This document shows, piece by piece, positions 26,575-36,129 of a stretch of 64,000 nt of DNA. The number at the start of each line of letters is the position of its first letter. Position 1 is the first letter of the stretch. A program made the translations under genes and the position numbers. Source of the stretch: Bacteroidota bacterium (lineage in GTDB: Bacteria; Bacteroidota; Bacteroidia; Bacteroidales; GCA-2748055); assembly GCA_051746185.1 (NCBI GenBank), contig JBNJEV010000009.1:2240-66239 (forward strand), read 5' to 3'. The notes under the pieces were generated by a model. It saw nothing but the letters and a program-made list of their open reading frames with translations, did not search any database and was not told where the DNA came from.

Positions 26575-28661
26575 GAAGGAACAGAAAAGTGGCAATCAGA
26601 CAGCGTGACTCGTCCGACTGCGGACCTGCATGTATCGCTTCTGTAATGGCCTATTACGGGATCAGGGCATCCGTGGCGAGGATCAGGCAAATCGCCGGGA
26701 CGGACAAACTGGGAACCTCCATGTGGGGATTGGTCAGGACCCTTGAAAAATTCGATTTTGAAGCAAAAGGGCTGAAAGGATCGGCAGAACATCTGGACAA
26801 GCTTCCCCTGCCGTTTATCGCCCATGTTGAACAGACCGGAGGAGAACATCATTATGTCTGCGTGTACGGGATCAACGGGAAGCACCTGAGGGTGATGGAT
26901 CCCGCAGAGGGAAAAATACGAAGATGGAGCCACGGGGACTTCAGAAGGAAATGGAGCGGTGCCGTGGTGGCCATGGTACGGCAGATTCAGGCTCAAATGT
27001 TCCGGGAAACCCCGACAGGTCGGAACAGGATCATTTCTCTTCTCAGGCCAGTCTGTAAACCGGTGCTCCAGGCCATCATAGCCGCTGTCATTTACACCCT
27101 GCTGGGACTGTCCACCTCACTGTATATTGGAAAACTCACCGATCATGTTTTTGTAACCCGGAATACGGGTCTGCTGAACCTGATGAGCATCACCATGATC
27201 CTGATCACCCTTGTGATGATCTATATGTTCGCCATCAGGAGCCTGCATGTACTGAAAACCGGGCAGGTGATCGATAACCAGCTAATCACCTCCTATTACC
27301 GCCACCTGTTCAGAATGCCCCAGCGATTCTTTGACGGCATGAAGACGGGAGAGATCATCTCCAGGATCAACGATGCCATTAAGATCAGGGGATTCATCAA
27401 TGATGCAGCCATAGGTATTCTGGTGAACTTTCTGATCCTTTTCTTCTCCTTCGGACTGATGTTCATCCTGTACTGGGAACTTGCCCTGATGATGCTCGCC
27501 ATCATCCCCCTCTACTCGGTCATTTACTACTGTTTCAACCGCAGGAACAAGAGGATCGAGCGAGAGGCCATGGAAAGGACGGCTTCCCTGGAAAGCCAGC
27601 TCGTGGAATCACTCGAGGCAACCTCACACATCAAACAGCACAACCTGGAAGGGATCGCTTTCAGAAAGACAGAAGGCAGACTGAACCGGCTGCTGGATAC
27701 CGGTTACACCTCGGGCATTAATTCCATCACCGCCATGGGAGCAACCGAGCTGGTCAGCCGTCTTTTCACCATCATCCTGCTGTGGGTGGGTTCTGGTTTT
27801 GTGATCAGCCAGTCCATTACCCCCGGCAAGTTGCTCACTTTCTATGCCCTGATCGGGTACTTCACCGGACCGGTGAGCGGACTCATCGGGGCCAACAAGG
27901 TCTATCAGAATGCCCTGATCGCCGCAGACCGGCTGTTCGAAATATTCCACCTGGAAGAGGAACAGGTTGCCGGCCGGCCATCTTTCCCCCGGGATGAATT
28001 CGGGGATATTGTATTCAATAATGTTTCCTTTGCTTACGGTTCCAGGGGAACCATATTCCGGAACCTGGACCTGACCATCCATGCCGGAAAAGTGACCGCT
28101 ATCACCGGCCCCAGCGGATCGGGAAAATCAACCATTGGCTCCCTGATCCAGCACCTGTATTTCCCGGATGAAGGAAGCATCACCATCAATGGATATAACA
28201 CCCGCTATTTTTCACTGGAGAGCATACGTTCGATGATCGGGATCGTTCCCCAGCAGATCAGCTTTCTGACCGGTTCCATTCTGGAGAACATTGCTCCCGG
28301 TCAGAAAAACCCCGATGTGAAAAGGACCCTTCACCTGCTGAAGGCGGTGGGACTGCTGCCCCTGATCGAATCGCTTCCCGGGGGACTGGAATCCGTGCTC
28401 ACCCGAAACGGGACCAATCTTTCAGGCGGAGAGAGGCAGCGGCTGGCGCTTGTCCGTGCCCTCTACAAAAGACCCTCCCTGCTGATCCTGGACGAAGCCA
28501 CTTCCTCCCTGGACCCGGTTTCGGAAGTGCATGTAAACAAATTGCTGCTGACCCTCAGGGAGTGTTCCCAGACCATCCTCCTGATCACCCATCACCAGAG
28601 AGAGGCTTCTCTGGCCGACGTTACTTTCTCTATGGACGGTTCATGCGCTTGTGTATCCTGA
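26571..28661 (+). CDS. Peptidase C39-containing ABC transporter (PCAT, bacteriocin-processing exporter)
   Basis: QRDSSDCGPAC catalytic Cys, HHYV His, MDP Asp; TM domain; Walker A GPSGSGKST, LSGGERQ, ILDEATS. Confidence 0.95.
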   Translation: MRRNRKVAIRQRDSSDCGPACIASVMAYYGIRASVARIRQIAGTDKLGTSMWGLVRTLEKFDFEAKGLKGSAEHLDKLPLPFIAHVEQTGGEHHYVCVYGINGKHLRVMDPAEGKIRRWSHGDFRRKWSGAVVAMVRQIQAQMFRETPTGRNRIISLLRPVCKPVLQAIIAAVIYTLLGLSTSLYIGKLTDHVFVTRNTGLLNLMSITMILITLVMIYMFAIRSLHVLKTGQVIDNQLITSYYRHLFRMPQRFFDGMKTGEIISRINDAIKIRGFINDAAIGILVNFLILFFSFGLMFILYWELALMMLAIIPLYSVIYYCFNRRNKRIEREAMERTASLESQLVESLEATSHIKQHNLEGIAFRKTEGRLNRLLDTGYTSGINSITAMGATELVSRLFTIILLWVGSGFVISQSITPGKLLTFYALIGYFTGPVSGLIGANKVYQNALIAADRLFEIFHLEEEQVAGRPSFPRDEFGDIVFNNVSFAYGSRGTIFRNLDLTIHAGKVTAITGPSGSGKSTIGSLIQHLYFPDEGSITINGYNTRYFSLESIRSMIGIVPQQISFLTGSILENIAPGQKNPDVKRTLHLLKAVGLLPLIESLPGGLESVLTRNGTNLSGGERQRLALVRALYKRPSLLILDEATSSLDPVSEVHVNKLLLTLRECSQTILLITHHQREASLADVTFSMDGSCACVS

Positions 28662-28802
28662 AAAGAGCCATGTTGATCCTCAATTTTCCCGTTTTTGCCA
28701 AAATAATTTTCAACAACCGCTTTTTCATGGGAGATAAACAATAAATTTATGCCCGATTGAACTATCGGGATGAGACTATTGTTTACCCAAAAACTAAATA
28801 CT

Positions 28803-29360
28803 ATGAAAAGAATCACCGCCATTATTTTTCTTGCCATCTTCTCCATCCCCCTCATCAGGGCACAGGAGAGCATGTTCACCATCGACGACCAGGTGTTGAA
28901 CCTGGGGATCGGGATCGGTTCGGTTTATGCTTTCGGATCCTATTACACCACCACCGTCCCCCCCTTATCCATCTCTTTTGAGAAAGCGGTCGTGGATGAC
29001 ATTTTGGAGGAAGGAGTGATCGGCGTGGGAGCCTATGCGGGGTTTACATCTTACAGGTGGACCTACTTTACTGCCGATTATGGCTATAAATATTCCAACA
29101 TTATCCTGGGGGCCCGGGGAAATTTCCACTATCCCCTGGTCGACAGGCTGGATACTTATGTAGGTGTGCTCCTGGGATACAACATCTCCATTTCCAGCAC
29201 CTGGGGAACCTGGGGCGGGGAAACATCCCCGGATTCAGGGGGCATCGCCTTTGCCGGATATCTGGGAGGCCGCTACTATTTCTCAGACCAGTTTTCCGCA
29301 TTTGCCGAACTGGGATACGGGATCTCATACCTGACACTGGGAGTGGGGATCAAGCTGTAG
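28803..29360 (+). CDS. Small outer-membrane beta-barrel protein
   Basis: Signal peptide, Gly/Tyr-rich alternating strands, C-terminal GRYYF...ELGYG...GVGIKL. Confidence 0.8.
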   Translation: MKRITAIIFLAIFSIPLIRAQESMFTIDDQVLNLGIGIGSVYAFGSYYTTTVPPLSISFEKAVVDDILEEGVIGVGAYAGFTSYRWTYFTADYGYKYSNIILGARGNFHYPLVDRLDTYVGVLLGYNISISSTWGTWGGETSPDSGGIAFAGYLGGRYYFSDQFSAFAELGYGISYLTLGVGIKL

Positions 29361-29376
29361 GCTTCCGCAGCCCATT

Positions 29377-29384
29377 TAATTTTG
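29377..29384 (+). promoter_or_regulatory. -7 promoter box (TAATTTTG) upstream of 29455
   Basis: Matches TAnnTTTG in the intergenic gap. Confidence 0.5.
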
Positions 29385-29454
29385 CATGTGTTGATCTTTA
29401 TCCTATATTTACAGAGAAACTAACCCTTGTTCCAAACTAAAAAATATCAAAGTA

Positions 29455-29940
29455 ATGAAAAAAGTCTTTTTTAAAGGTACCGCTGTGTTCATGGCCATGG
29501 TGATGCTGGTGACACAGACACAGACCCTCTCTGCAAGGGCCGCCGACATTGCGCTTCCCAGCCTGGATGAATCCGCGCTGGTACTGGATGAAGCCGCCCT
29601 GGACGAGGCCCTGGCCGAACTGAACGAGCTGGATGAATACCTCGCCGTCAATGAGAGTGTTACATTTGAAGATCTGGAATCCAGTGAGAGTGAACTGATC
29701 CTGAATGTGGACAACTCCTCGGCCCCGCTGGGAGCGGACCTGGAAGATGATCCGCCCCTGGGGATTCCCTCCTTTCTGTGGGGATGTATCCTGGGAGTCG
29801 TCGGGATACTGCTGGTCTATATCCTTACCGACGGAGATAAGGATGAAGTCAGAAAAGCTCTCTGGGGAATGCTGGTATGGATAGGAGTCTGGGTGATCCT
29901 CTATGCGGGAGTCTTTGCCGGCGCGGCCTGGTGGTACTAG
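29455..29940 (+). CDS. Exported protein with very acidic N-domain and C-terminal two-helix membrane hairpin
   Basis: Signal peptide, Asp/Glu/Leu-rich region, then PPLGIPSFLWGCILGVVGILLVYILTD and KALWGMLVWIGVWVILYAGVF...WWY. Confidence 0.8.
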   Translation: MKKVFFKGTAVFMAMVMLVTQTQTLSARAADIALPSLDESALVLDEAALDEALAELNELDEYLAVNESVTFEDLESSESELILNVDNSSAPLGADLEDDPPLGIPSFLWGCILGVVGILLVYILTDGDKDEVRKALWGMLVWIGVWVILYAGVFAGAAWWY

Positions 29941-29960
29941 TAGAATGCAGCAATCATTTT

Positions 29961-29998
29961 AAAAAAAATGCCCTTGATCGTGATCGAGGGCATTTTTT
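29961..29998 (+). terminator. Intrinsic terminator after the 29455 gene
   Basis: AAAAAAAATGCCCTTGATC-GT-GATCGAGGGCATTTTTT hairpin with T tail. Confidence 0.8.
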
Positions 29999-30023
29999 GC
30001 TAATCTTCGGAAAAAATTCGGGC

Positions 30024-30725
30024 ATGATACAATTGCTTTGCAGAACAGGGATTTTCATGGGTGTGATCTGGCTGGGCATTTTCCCTTCCCTTCACGGTCA
30101 GGAATATTACCGGATGAACGCCGATTTCACGGTCAAGATCAGGCGGAGCGACAGCACCCTGAATTTGACCAGGGGGACCGTGTTCTATGATAAGAATATC
30201 GGAGAACTGATCTACAGGATCACCTTCCCCCGGCCGGAGGTGTGGGTGATCTCCGATACTTCCATTTATAAATATCGCTCGGACACCCTTTCTGAAAGGG
30301 TCTCCATCCCCTCGGTGAATGAATTTACGGTCTTCCATCTCAGTTTGAATGCCACCATGAGCGATTTTGGTCTGAAGAAAACGATGTTCAGGGTCTCCCG
30401 GGTGGAAAAAAGGGACGACCGCGTTCTTTCTTACTGGAAGATCCCTGAAAAGATCGAATCTTCCATCGATCATGTGGTGGTGGTCAAAAAAGAGAACCGC
30501 CTGGAAAGCGTCATCATGATGGGGGATGATTCTGAAATACTGAGCAGGCAATTTTACAGGGATTACCAGCGGACCGGTGCTTTTGAATTTCCCCGCCAGA
30601 TCGTCCAGATCATTCCCGATGAATCGGGCGCGGACAATTACCAGGTCACTGAATTCAAGAATATCGTGGTCAATGACATGGATCATGATCATCTGTTCCG
30701 TTATGAACCGTCTTTATCCCGTTAG
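30024..30725 (+). CDS. Exported beta-rich protein, possibly LolA/lipoprotein-sorting-like fold
   Basis: Signal peptide; ADFTVK...GTVFYDK...ITFPRPEVWV resembles a LolA-like N-terminus. Fold is inferred. Confidence 0.6.
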   Translation: MIQLLCRTGIFMGVIWLGIFPSLHGQEYYRMNADFTVKIRRSDSTLNLTRGTVFYDKNIGELIYRITFPRPEVWVISDTSIYKYRSDTLSERVSIPSVNEFTVFHLSLNATMSDFGLKKTMFRVSRVEKRDDRVLSYWKIPEKIESSIDHVVVVKKENRLESVIMMGDDSEILSRQFYRDYQRTGAFEFPRQIVQIIPDESGADNYQVTEFKNIVVNDMDHDHLFRYEPSLSR

Positions 30726-31137
30726 AAAAAGATCCTCCCTGAAAGGAAACCTCCTGATCCTTGCAGGACTGCTGATCACCCTGTTGTCCTGCCGTGCACA
30801 AATGCATGTGGACGAAGGGCTGACGGGCCTTTTTGAAAAACGGGACACAACGGTCCGGGATTATGCTGCACCGCTCCGGGAAGCAAAAAATGATATTTCC
30901 GTCATTGCCTCGGCCGGTTTCCTGTTCTACAAAACCTTTATCTCGTCCCAGGACAACCCTTCCTGCATCTTTACCCCTTCCTGTTCGGAATATGCGGTGG
31001 AAGCCATCCAGGAGCACGGATTGTTCACGGGATGGCTGATTGCTTTTGATCGCCTGTCCCGTTGCCACGGACTGGTAAATCCCGAACACTATCCATTCGA
31101 TATGGAGAAGCAACGCTTTTATGACCCGGTCCGGTAA
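30703..31137 (+). CDS. YidD-like (membrane protein insertion efficiency factor) paralog with N-terminal signal
   Basis: FYKTFISSQD..SCIFTPSCSEYAVEAIQEHG...DRLSRC, YDPV; hydrophobic N-terminus ending LLSC. Confidence 0.82.
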   Translation: MNRLYPVRKRSSLKGNLLILAGLLITLLSCRAQMHVDEGLTGLFEKRDTTVRDYAAPLREAKNDISVIASAGFLFYKTFISSQDNPSCIFTPSCSEYAVEAIQEHGLFTGWLIAFDRLSRCHGLVNPEHYPFDMEKQRFYDPVR

Positions 31138-31963
31138 ACACATATTGATGGTTGTATGGATATGCGCCGTTGTGACGGTCACCCTTTCCGCACAACAGGA
31201 TCTGCTGGATTACGGGAACACGCTTAAATTCGCCCGCTACCTGGTCAACACCCGGCAGTACGAATTTGCCGCCCAGGAATATGAGCGGCTCCATTTCCTC
31301 TGGCCGGAGGACAACACCGTGATCCTGGAACTGGTCACCACCTACCGGCTCGACCATCGCTGCGAACAGTTCCCCGAAGCGGTCCGGCTCATGTCCTCCG
31401 GGAACAGGATCTTCAGCAACGAGTCCATGGCCCGGGAATACCTGCGGTTCTGTCTCACCTGCGGGATCGGACATCCCCTCTATTTTGACATCGCATCCAT
31501 GATGGACCCCCGGGAGCAGACGTTTTACAACCTGGGCTATTTCTGGGTCCGCCAGCAGTATGATTCTCTCTTTGCCTTCAACCGGCAGAACCAGGAAATC
31601 CTTTCCCGGTCATATCCACGCCTCCATCAACTGACCGCCGATTTTGAGAGCCAGAAATACAAAAAGCCGGCGCTTGCCCTGGCCATGTCATCGATTATTC
31701 CGGGAAGCGGGAAAGCATACTCCGGCAGATGGGGAGATGCAGCCGTCTCGTTTCTCTTCGTAACCTCCGGCGCCTATGCTTCCTACCGGGCATTCAAAAA
31801 GAAGGGGATCAGCAGTTTCAACGGATGGCTCTTCGGCGGGGTGGCATTCAGTTTCTATGCCAGCAACCTGTTCGGATCATTCAAAGCGGCCAAAAATTAT
31901 AATACAGATGTGAGAATACAATACCAGGATCATGCGGAGGGTATCATCCATCATTCTTTTTAG
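31121..31963 (+). CDS. TPR-like protein with C-terminal TM2-like membrane domain
   Basis: Signal peptide, AAQEYER helical repeat, KKPALALAMSSIIPGSGKAYSG..GDA motif and two further TM helices. Confidence 0.75.
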   Translation: MTRSGKHILMVVWICAVVTVTLSAQQDLLDYGNTLKFARYLVNTRQYEFAAQEYERLHFLWPEDNTVILELVTTYRLDHRCEQFPEAVRLMSSGNRIFSNESMAREYLRFCLTCGIGHPLYFDIASMMDPREQTFYNLGYFWVRQQYDSLFAFNRQNQEILSRSYPRLHQLTADFESQKYKKPALALAMSSIIPGSGKAYSGRWGDAAVSFLFVTSGAYASYRAFKKKGISSFNGWLFGGVAFSFYASNLFGSFKAAKNYNTDVRIQYQDHAEGIIHHSF

Positions 31964-32801
31964 CACGGTCTGCATGACTTCCCTGCAATCCCAGGATATT
32001 GTCCGGATCAGGGAATTTGCCGATCAGCAGTTTCAAAAGGGGAACCTGTCCTCTGCCCTGAAAGAATACCAGCGGGTCCTGTTCTTCGATGCCGGAAATG
32101 AATTCGAACATGTTTACAGCGACATCGCGGATATTTATTTTAAACAGGGAAATTACCAGCAGGCCCTTGTCTATTATGATTTTGCGAGAAAAGCCGTTCC
32201 GGACGACAGTCTGAGTCTTGAGTATTCATTCAACAGAATAAAATGCAATTTCCGGCAGGACAATTATTTGATGGCCCTGTCCGGGTTGTACGGTCTACCC
32301 GCGGAACTGTCGCCCTACTTCGAGGCGAAAAAAGACCTCTATTACGCCATCTGCCATTTTGGGCTCAATGAAACCGAAGAGTCAGTGGAATATTTTTCCC
32401 GGATCGTCGATTCCACCGGAGCAGACCGGATCGAAACACTGATGAAAGCCTACCAGAAAGTCCGGAAAAAATACGACCCCGACCGGCTGGAGATCATGAG
32501 TATTTTCCTGCCCGGACTGGGCCAGTTGGTGGCCGGTGATGTGAAAAACGGGCTGAATTCCCTGTTCCTGCTCGGGGGCATCGCGGCTTACTCTTTCCAC
32601 ACCATGCGCATATACGGGATCCTGGACGGGACCCTGGTCCTGGTCACCTGGTTCTACCGCTATTACACCGGCGGTCACAAGAAGGCCCATGAACTCGGGG
32701 CGGCCAGGATCAGGGAACAGCAACGCATGACATACCGTAAGATCATGGAGACGGTTGCATCCCACAGGGTACACGGACCTTCTTCGCAGGGTAGCCTTTA
32801 A
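31932..32801 (+). CDS. TPR protein with C-terminal TM2-like membrane domain
   Basis: ALKEYQRVLFF and IADIYFKQGNYQQALVYY TPR units; MSIFLPGLGQLVAGD..NG motif. Confidence 0.78.
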   Translation: MRRVSSIILFSTVCMTSLQSQDIVRIREFADQQFQKGNLSSALKEYQRVLFFDAGNEFEHVYSDIADIYFKQGNYQQALVYYDFARKAVPDDSLSLEYSFNRIKCNFRQDNYLMALSGLYGLPAELSPYFEAKKDLYYAICHFGLNETEESVEYFSRIVDSTGADRIETLMKAYQKVRKKYDPDRLEIMSIFLPGLGQLVAGDVKNGLNSLFLLGGIAAYSFHTMRIYGILDGTLVLVTWFYRYYTGGHKKAHELGAARIREQQRMTYRKIMETVASHRVHGPSSQGSL

Positions 32802-35800
32802 TAGATGTTTGGATCAGACCCTTCGATCCAGGGGGCACCGGCCAGCCGCAACTCCTTTTCCAGTTGCGGCAACGATTGGCCGGTCAGTGTATCCAGCTTT
32901 TGACGGATGGGAATCAACTCCTGTTTTCCGGCCTCCAGGCTTTTCTGATGAACCTCTGCAGGCCCGTATGTGGTAGACAATCCCCTCCGGCAAACAGAAA
33001 GCCTGGTCGCCGGTGACGGGGGGGTCTTCTCTCCCACCTCCCTTTTCGAGGGGCTTCCGTGCATCCGGCGGTCCAGCTCCCCGAGCCCTTCCTCTGCCTG
33101 ATAGATCCTGTCGAGTAATTCCAAAGGTTGCTCGTTCATCCTGAAAAATGCCTGTTTCATTGCCCTGATCTTTTTCATCCCCCGGTTGAGGATCAAACTT
33201 GTTGCCTGCACCTCACGCTGAAATGCTTCCACCTGCTTCCTGAATTGATCCATCTCCTTGTAGGATGCGCCCTGCAGGGCCCCTGTCCTCAGCGGGACGA
33301 CCTCGAAAGACCGGGATTCTGTCAGCCCGACCACCTTACCCCCTGAAAACCGGGACATCTCGACCGTATACCTGCCGGGGGTGACCAGGAATCCGGCGGA
33401 ACCCGAAGGGACCTCCTCCGGGATCTCCTCCAGTTCAAGCGCCCTTCCGGATGCAACCCTTAAATTCCAGCTGACCCTGTGGATGCCTTTTTCCGGGGTG
33501 GCGGGGACCTGGTTGACAATATTCCCCGTTGAATCCCTGATGGTGAACAGCAGCCTCGGTTCATCCTCGCTTTTTTCCAGATCCAGTGAATCCCACCCCG
33601 GGAACGGGAGTTTTTCTCCTTCTTTTTCCAGCTGTTTCTCCTTTTCTATTCTTAACTCTTTCCTGGTGGGTATTTCCTCTTTCAGATAGTAGGTAAAAAC
33701 CGCCCCGTAAGGTGGATTCTCGGCCGCATAGTCGGACGCCCCCTGGGAGCTGACCACGTTTTTGGGGATATACCACAGGGCATCCTTCACGGGAAACAGG
33801 TGTGCATCGTTGTCAAGCAGCTCGCCGGACAGCCGGCGCAGAGGGGAATAATCATCCAGGATAAAAAATCCCCGGCCGAACGAAGCCCCCACCAGGTCAT
33901 TCTCCCTCCTCTGGATGGTGATGTCCCGGAAGGAAATGGTGGGCACCCCTCCGGTCAGTTCGATCCAGTGCTGACCGGCATCGTTTGTGAAATAGATGCC
34001 GAACTCGGTTGCGGCGAACAGCAGCTTTTCATTCACATGATCCTGCACCAGCCTCCAGACCAGGGTGCGTTTCGGGAGATCTCCCGCAATGGAGCTCCAG
34101 CTCGTCCCCGCATCCGTGCTTTTGATCACATAGGGGTCCAGGTCCCCGAACTTGTGGTTGTCCAGTGCTGCATATACCGTGCGGGCATCGAACAGATCTG
34201 CACGGATATCATTGACAAAGGCCGTGGAAGGGATCCCTTCGATGCTTCCCACTTCGATCTTCTGCCAGCTTTCCCCGCCATCCTCGCTGACCCGGATCAA
34301 ACCGTCATCGGTTCCCGCATAGAGCAAGCCCTCCTGAACGGGTGATTCGGCCAGGGAAGTGATCGTGTTGTACGTGGACATGGCACTGACGTCCCAGGGA
34401 TTGTCCCAGCTCCAGGTCCCGCCCATGATGGGAAGCCTGAACCTTTCCTGGTCCCGGGTCAGGCCGGGAGAGATCACCCGCCAGCTGTCCCCCCGGTTAT
34501 CGCTCCTCCACACCCGGTGGGATGCATAATAGATACGGGCCGGGTCGTGGGGACTGACCAGGATGGGGGCATCCCAGTTGAAGCGTTCCCGGGGCTCTCC
34601 CGCCGCCGGCTGGGGCTGGATATAGACCTGCTCTCCCGTGATCCTGTCGATCCGGTGCAGGCCTCCCTGCTGGGTCTCCGCATACACAATATGAGGATTA
34701 CCCGGTTCGGCCGCGGTCTGGTGACCGTCGGCCCCCAGGATCTTGAACCACTCGGCATTCCGGATGCCATGCACCTGGTCGGTCCTGGAAGGCCCCCCGT
34801 GTGATCCGTTGTCCTGTGTTCCCCCATAGACGAAATAAAACGGTTCACTGTCATCCACGGCGACCTTGTAATACTGTGTCACGGGCAAATTGGCCATGAA
34901 TCTCCAGCTTTCCCCCAGATCATAACTTTCATAGATCCCCCCGTCGGTCCCCGAAAGCAGGTAACCGGGGGCGTCCTTCCTGAAAGCAAGGGCATGGTTG
35001 TCGGAATGTTTCCCCTGTTCGTTCAACCTTTGGAAAGTCTTTCCGTGATCCCGGGATACCTGGGTGACCACATCCATCAGATAGAGGGTCCCCTCGTGAT
35101 GAGGCGAAGCATACAGCTCCTGGTAATAGTGTGGTCCGGTGCCTCCGGAGACCGCATCGGACTGCTTCTTCCAGGTCGCTCCCCTGTCCTCCGACATGAA
35201 CACGCCCCCTGTCCTCCGGTCCAGTTCGATGGCCGCATAGATACGGTCCGGATTGAACGGGGAGACCGCCAGTCCGATCTTCCCCAGGTTCGATCCGGGG
35301 AGCCCCACGGTCATTTTTTCCCAGGTCTCTCCCCCGTCCATGCTCCGGTGAATGGCTGATCCCGGTCCGCCACCCAGATAAGAGGCCACATTCCTGTGTC
35401 TCTGCCAGGTGGCAGCATAGAGCCATCCGGGATCTTTTGGGTCCATCACCACATCGGTCACACCAATCCAGCGGTCATCACCCAGGACCCTGTACCAGTG
35501 CTTCCCCCCGTCGGTTGACCTGTACAATCCCCGGTCACCCCCCTCTCGCCAGAGGGGTCCCTGGGCTGCCACATAAACGATGTCGGAATTTTCGGGGTGA
35601 ACGATGATCCTGGAGATATGCTCCGAGGAGGCGAGCCCCATATTTTCCCAGCTCCCGCCGTCATCGGTGCTCCTGTAGATCCCGTCGCCGTACCCCACAT
35701 GCCTGCCGCCCACATCCTCTCCCGATCCCACCCAGATGGTATGGGGATTCAAAGGATCAATGGTGACACATCCGATGGAATAGGATGCCTGATCATCGAA

Positions 35801-36043
35801 TATGGGGGTCCAGGTCACCCCGGCATTGGGCGTTTTCCAGACCCCACCCGAACCCACGGCCGCGTACCAGCAATTGTCATCTTCCGGATGGATGGCAATA
35901 TCTGCGATCCGTCCCGAGGTAAAGGCGGGACCGATGTTACGGAATTGGAGATCTTTGACGGTGGACTCCTGAAGGAGATCTTTCTTCTCCTGGGCCACAA
36001 GCGGGGTTGCCAGCAGCATCAGGATCACGGATACATATTTCAT
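32798..36043 (-). CDS. VPS10/sortilin-like BNR-repeat beta-propeller protein (glycosyl hydrolase-like)
   Basis: FRNIGPA..SGRIADI, many S.D.G..W Asp-boxes, GGTQDNG, FNWDAPI; signal peptide. Confidence 0.88.
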   Translation of the reverse strand: MKYVSVILMLLATPLVAQEKKDLLQESTVKDLQFRNIGPAFTSGRIADIAIHPEDDNCWYAAVGSGGVWKTPNAGVTWTPIFDDQASYSIGCVTIDPLNPHTIWVGSGEDVGGRHVGYGDGIYRSTDDGGSWENMGLASSEHISRIIVHPENSDIVYVAAQGPLWREGGDRGLYRSTDGGKHWYRVLGDDRWIGVTDVVMDPKDPGWLYAATWQRHRNVASYLGGGPGSAIHRSMDGGETWEKMTVGLPGSNLGKIGLAVSPFNPDRIYAAIELDRRTGGVFMSEDRGATWKKQSDAVSGGTGPHYYQELYASPHHEGTLYLMDVVTQVSRDHGKTFQRLNEQGKHSDNHALAFRKDAPGYLLSGTDGGIYESYDLGESWRFMANLPVTQYYKVAVDDSEPFYFVYGGTQDNGSHGGPSRTDQVHGIRNAEWFKILGADGHQTAAEPGNPHIVYAETQQGGLHRIDRITGEQVYIQPQPAAGEPRERFNWDAPILVSPHDPARIYYASHRVWRSDNRGDSWRVISPGLTRDQERFRLPIMGGTWSWDNPWDVSAMSTYNTITSLAESPVQEGLLYAGTDDGLIRVSEDGGESWQKIEVGSIEGIPSTAFVNDIRADLFDARTVYAALDNHKFGDLDPYVIKSTDAGTSWSSIAGDLPKRTLVWRLVQDHVNEKLLFAATEFGIYFTNDAGQHWIELTGGVPTISFRDITIQRRENDLVGASFGRGFFILDDYSPLRRLSGELLDNDAHLFPVKDALWYIPKNVVSSQGASDYAAENPPYGAVFTYYLKEEIPTRKELRIEKEKQLEKEGEKLPFPGWDSLDLEKSEDEPRLLFTIRDSTGNIVNQVPATPEKGIHRVSWNLRVASGRALELEEIPEEVPSGSAGFLVTPGRYTVEMSRFSGGKVVGLTESRSFEVVPLRTGALQGASYKEMDQFRKQVEAFQREVQATSLILNRGMKKIRAMKQAFFRMNEQPLELLDRIYQAEEGLGELDRRMHGSPSKREVGEKTPPSPATRLSVCRRGLSTTYGPAEVHQKSLEAGKQELIPIRQKLDTLTGQSLPQLEKELRLAGAPWIEGSDPNIY

Positions 36044-36129
36044 GGTTCTTCGATTTGGATGGAACGGTGAATAAAGATACAATATAGTAAAATGAACGCT
36101 TCTCGGTCAAATTGATTAATTTTAGTGCC

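Noticed and set aside
28560-28661. PCAT C-terminus looks slightly short after the H-loop
   Set aside because: All core ABC motifs are present; truncation cannot be established without an alignment.
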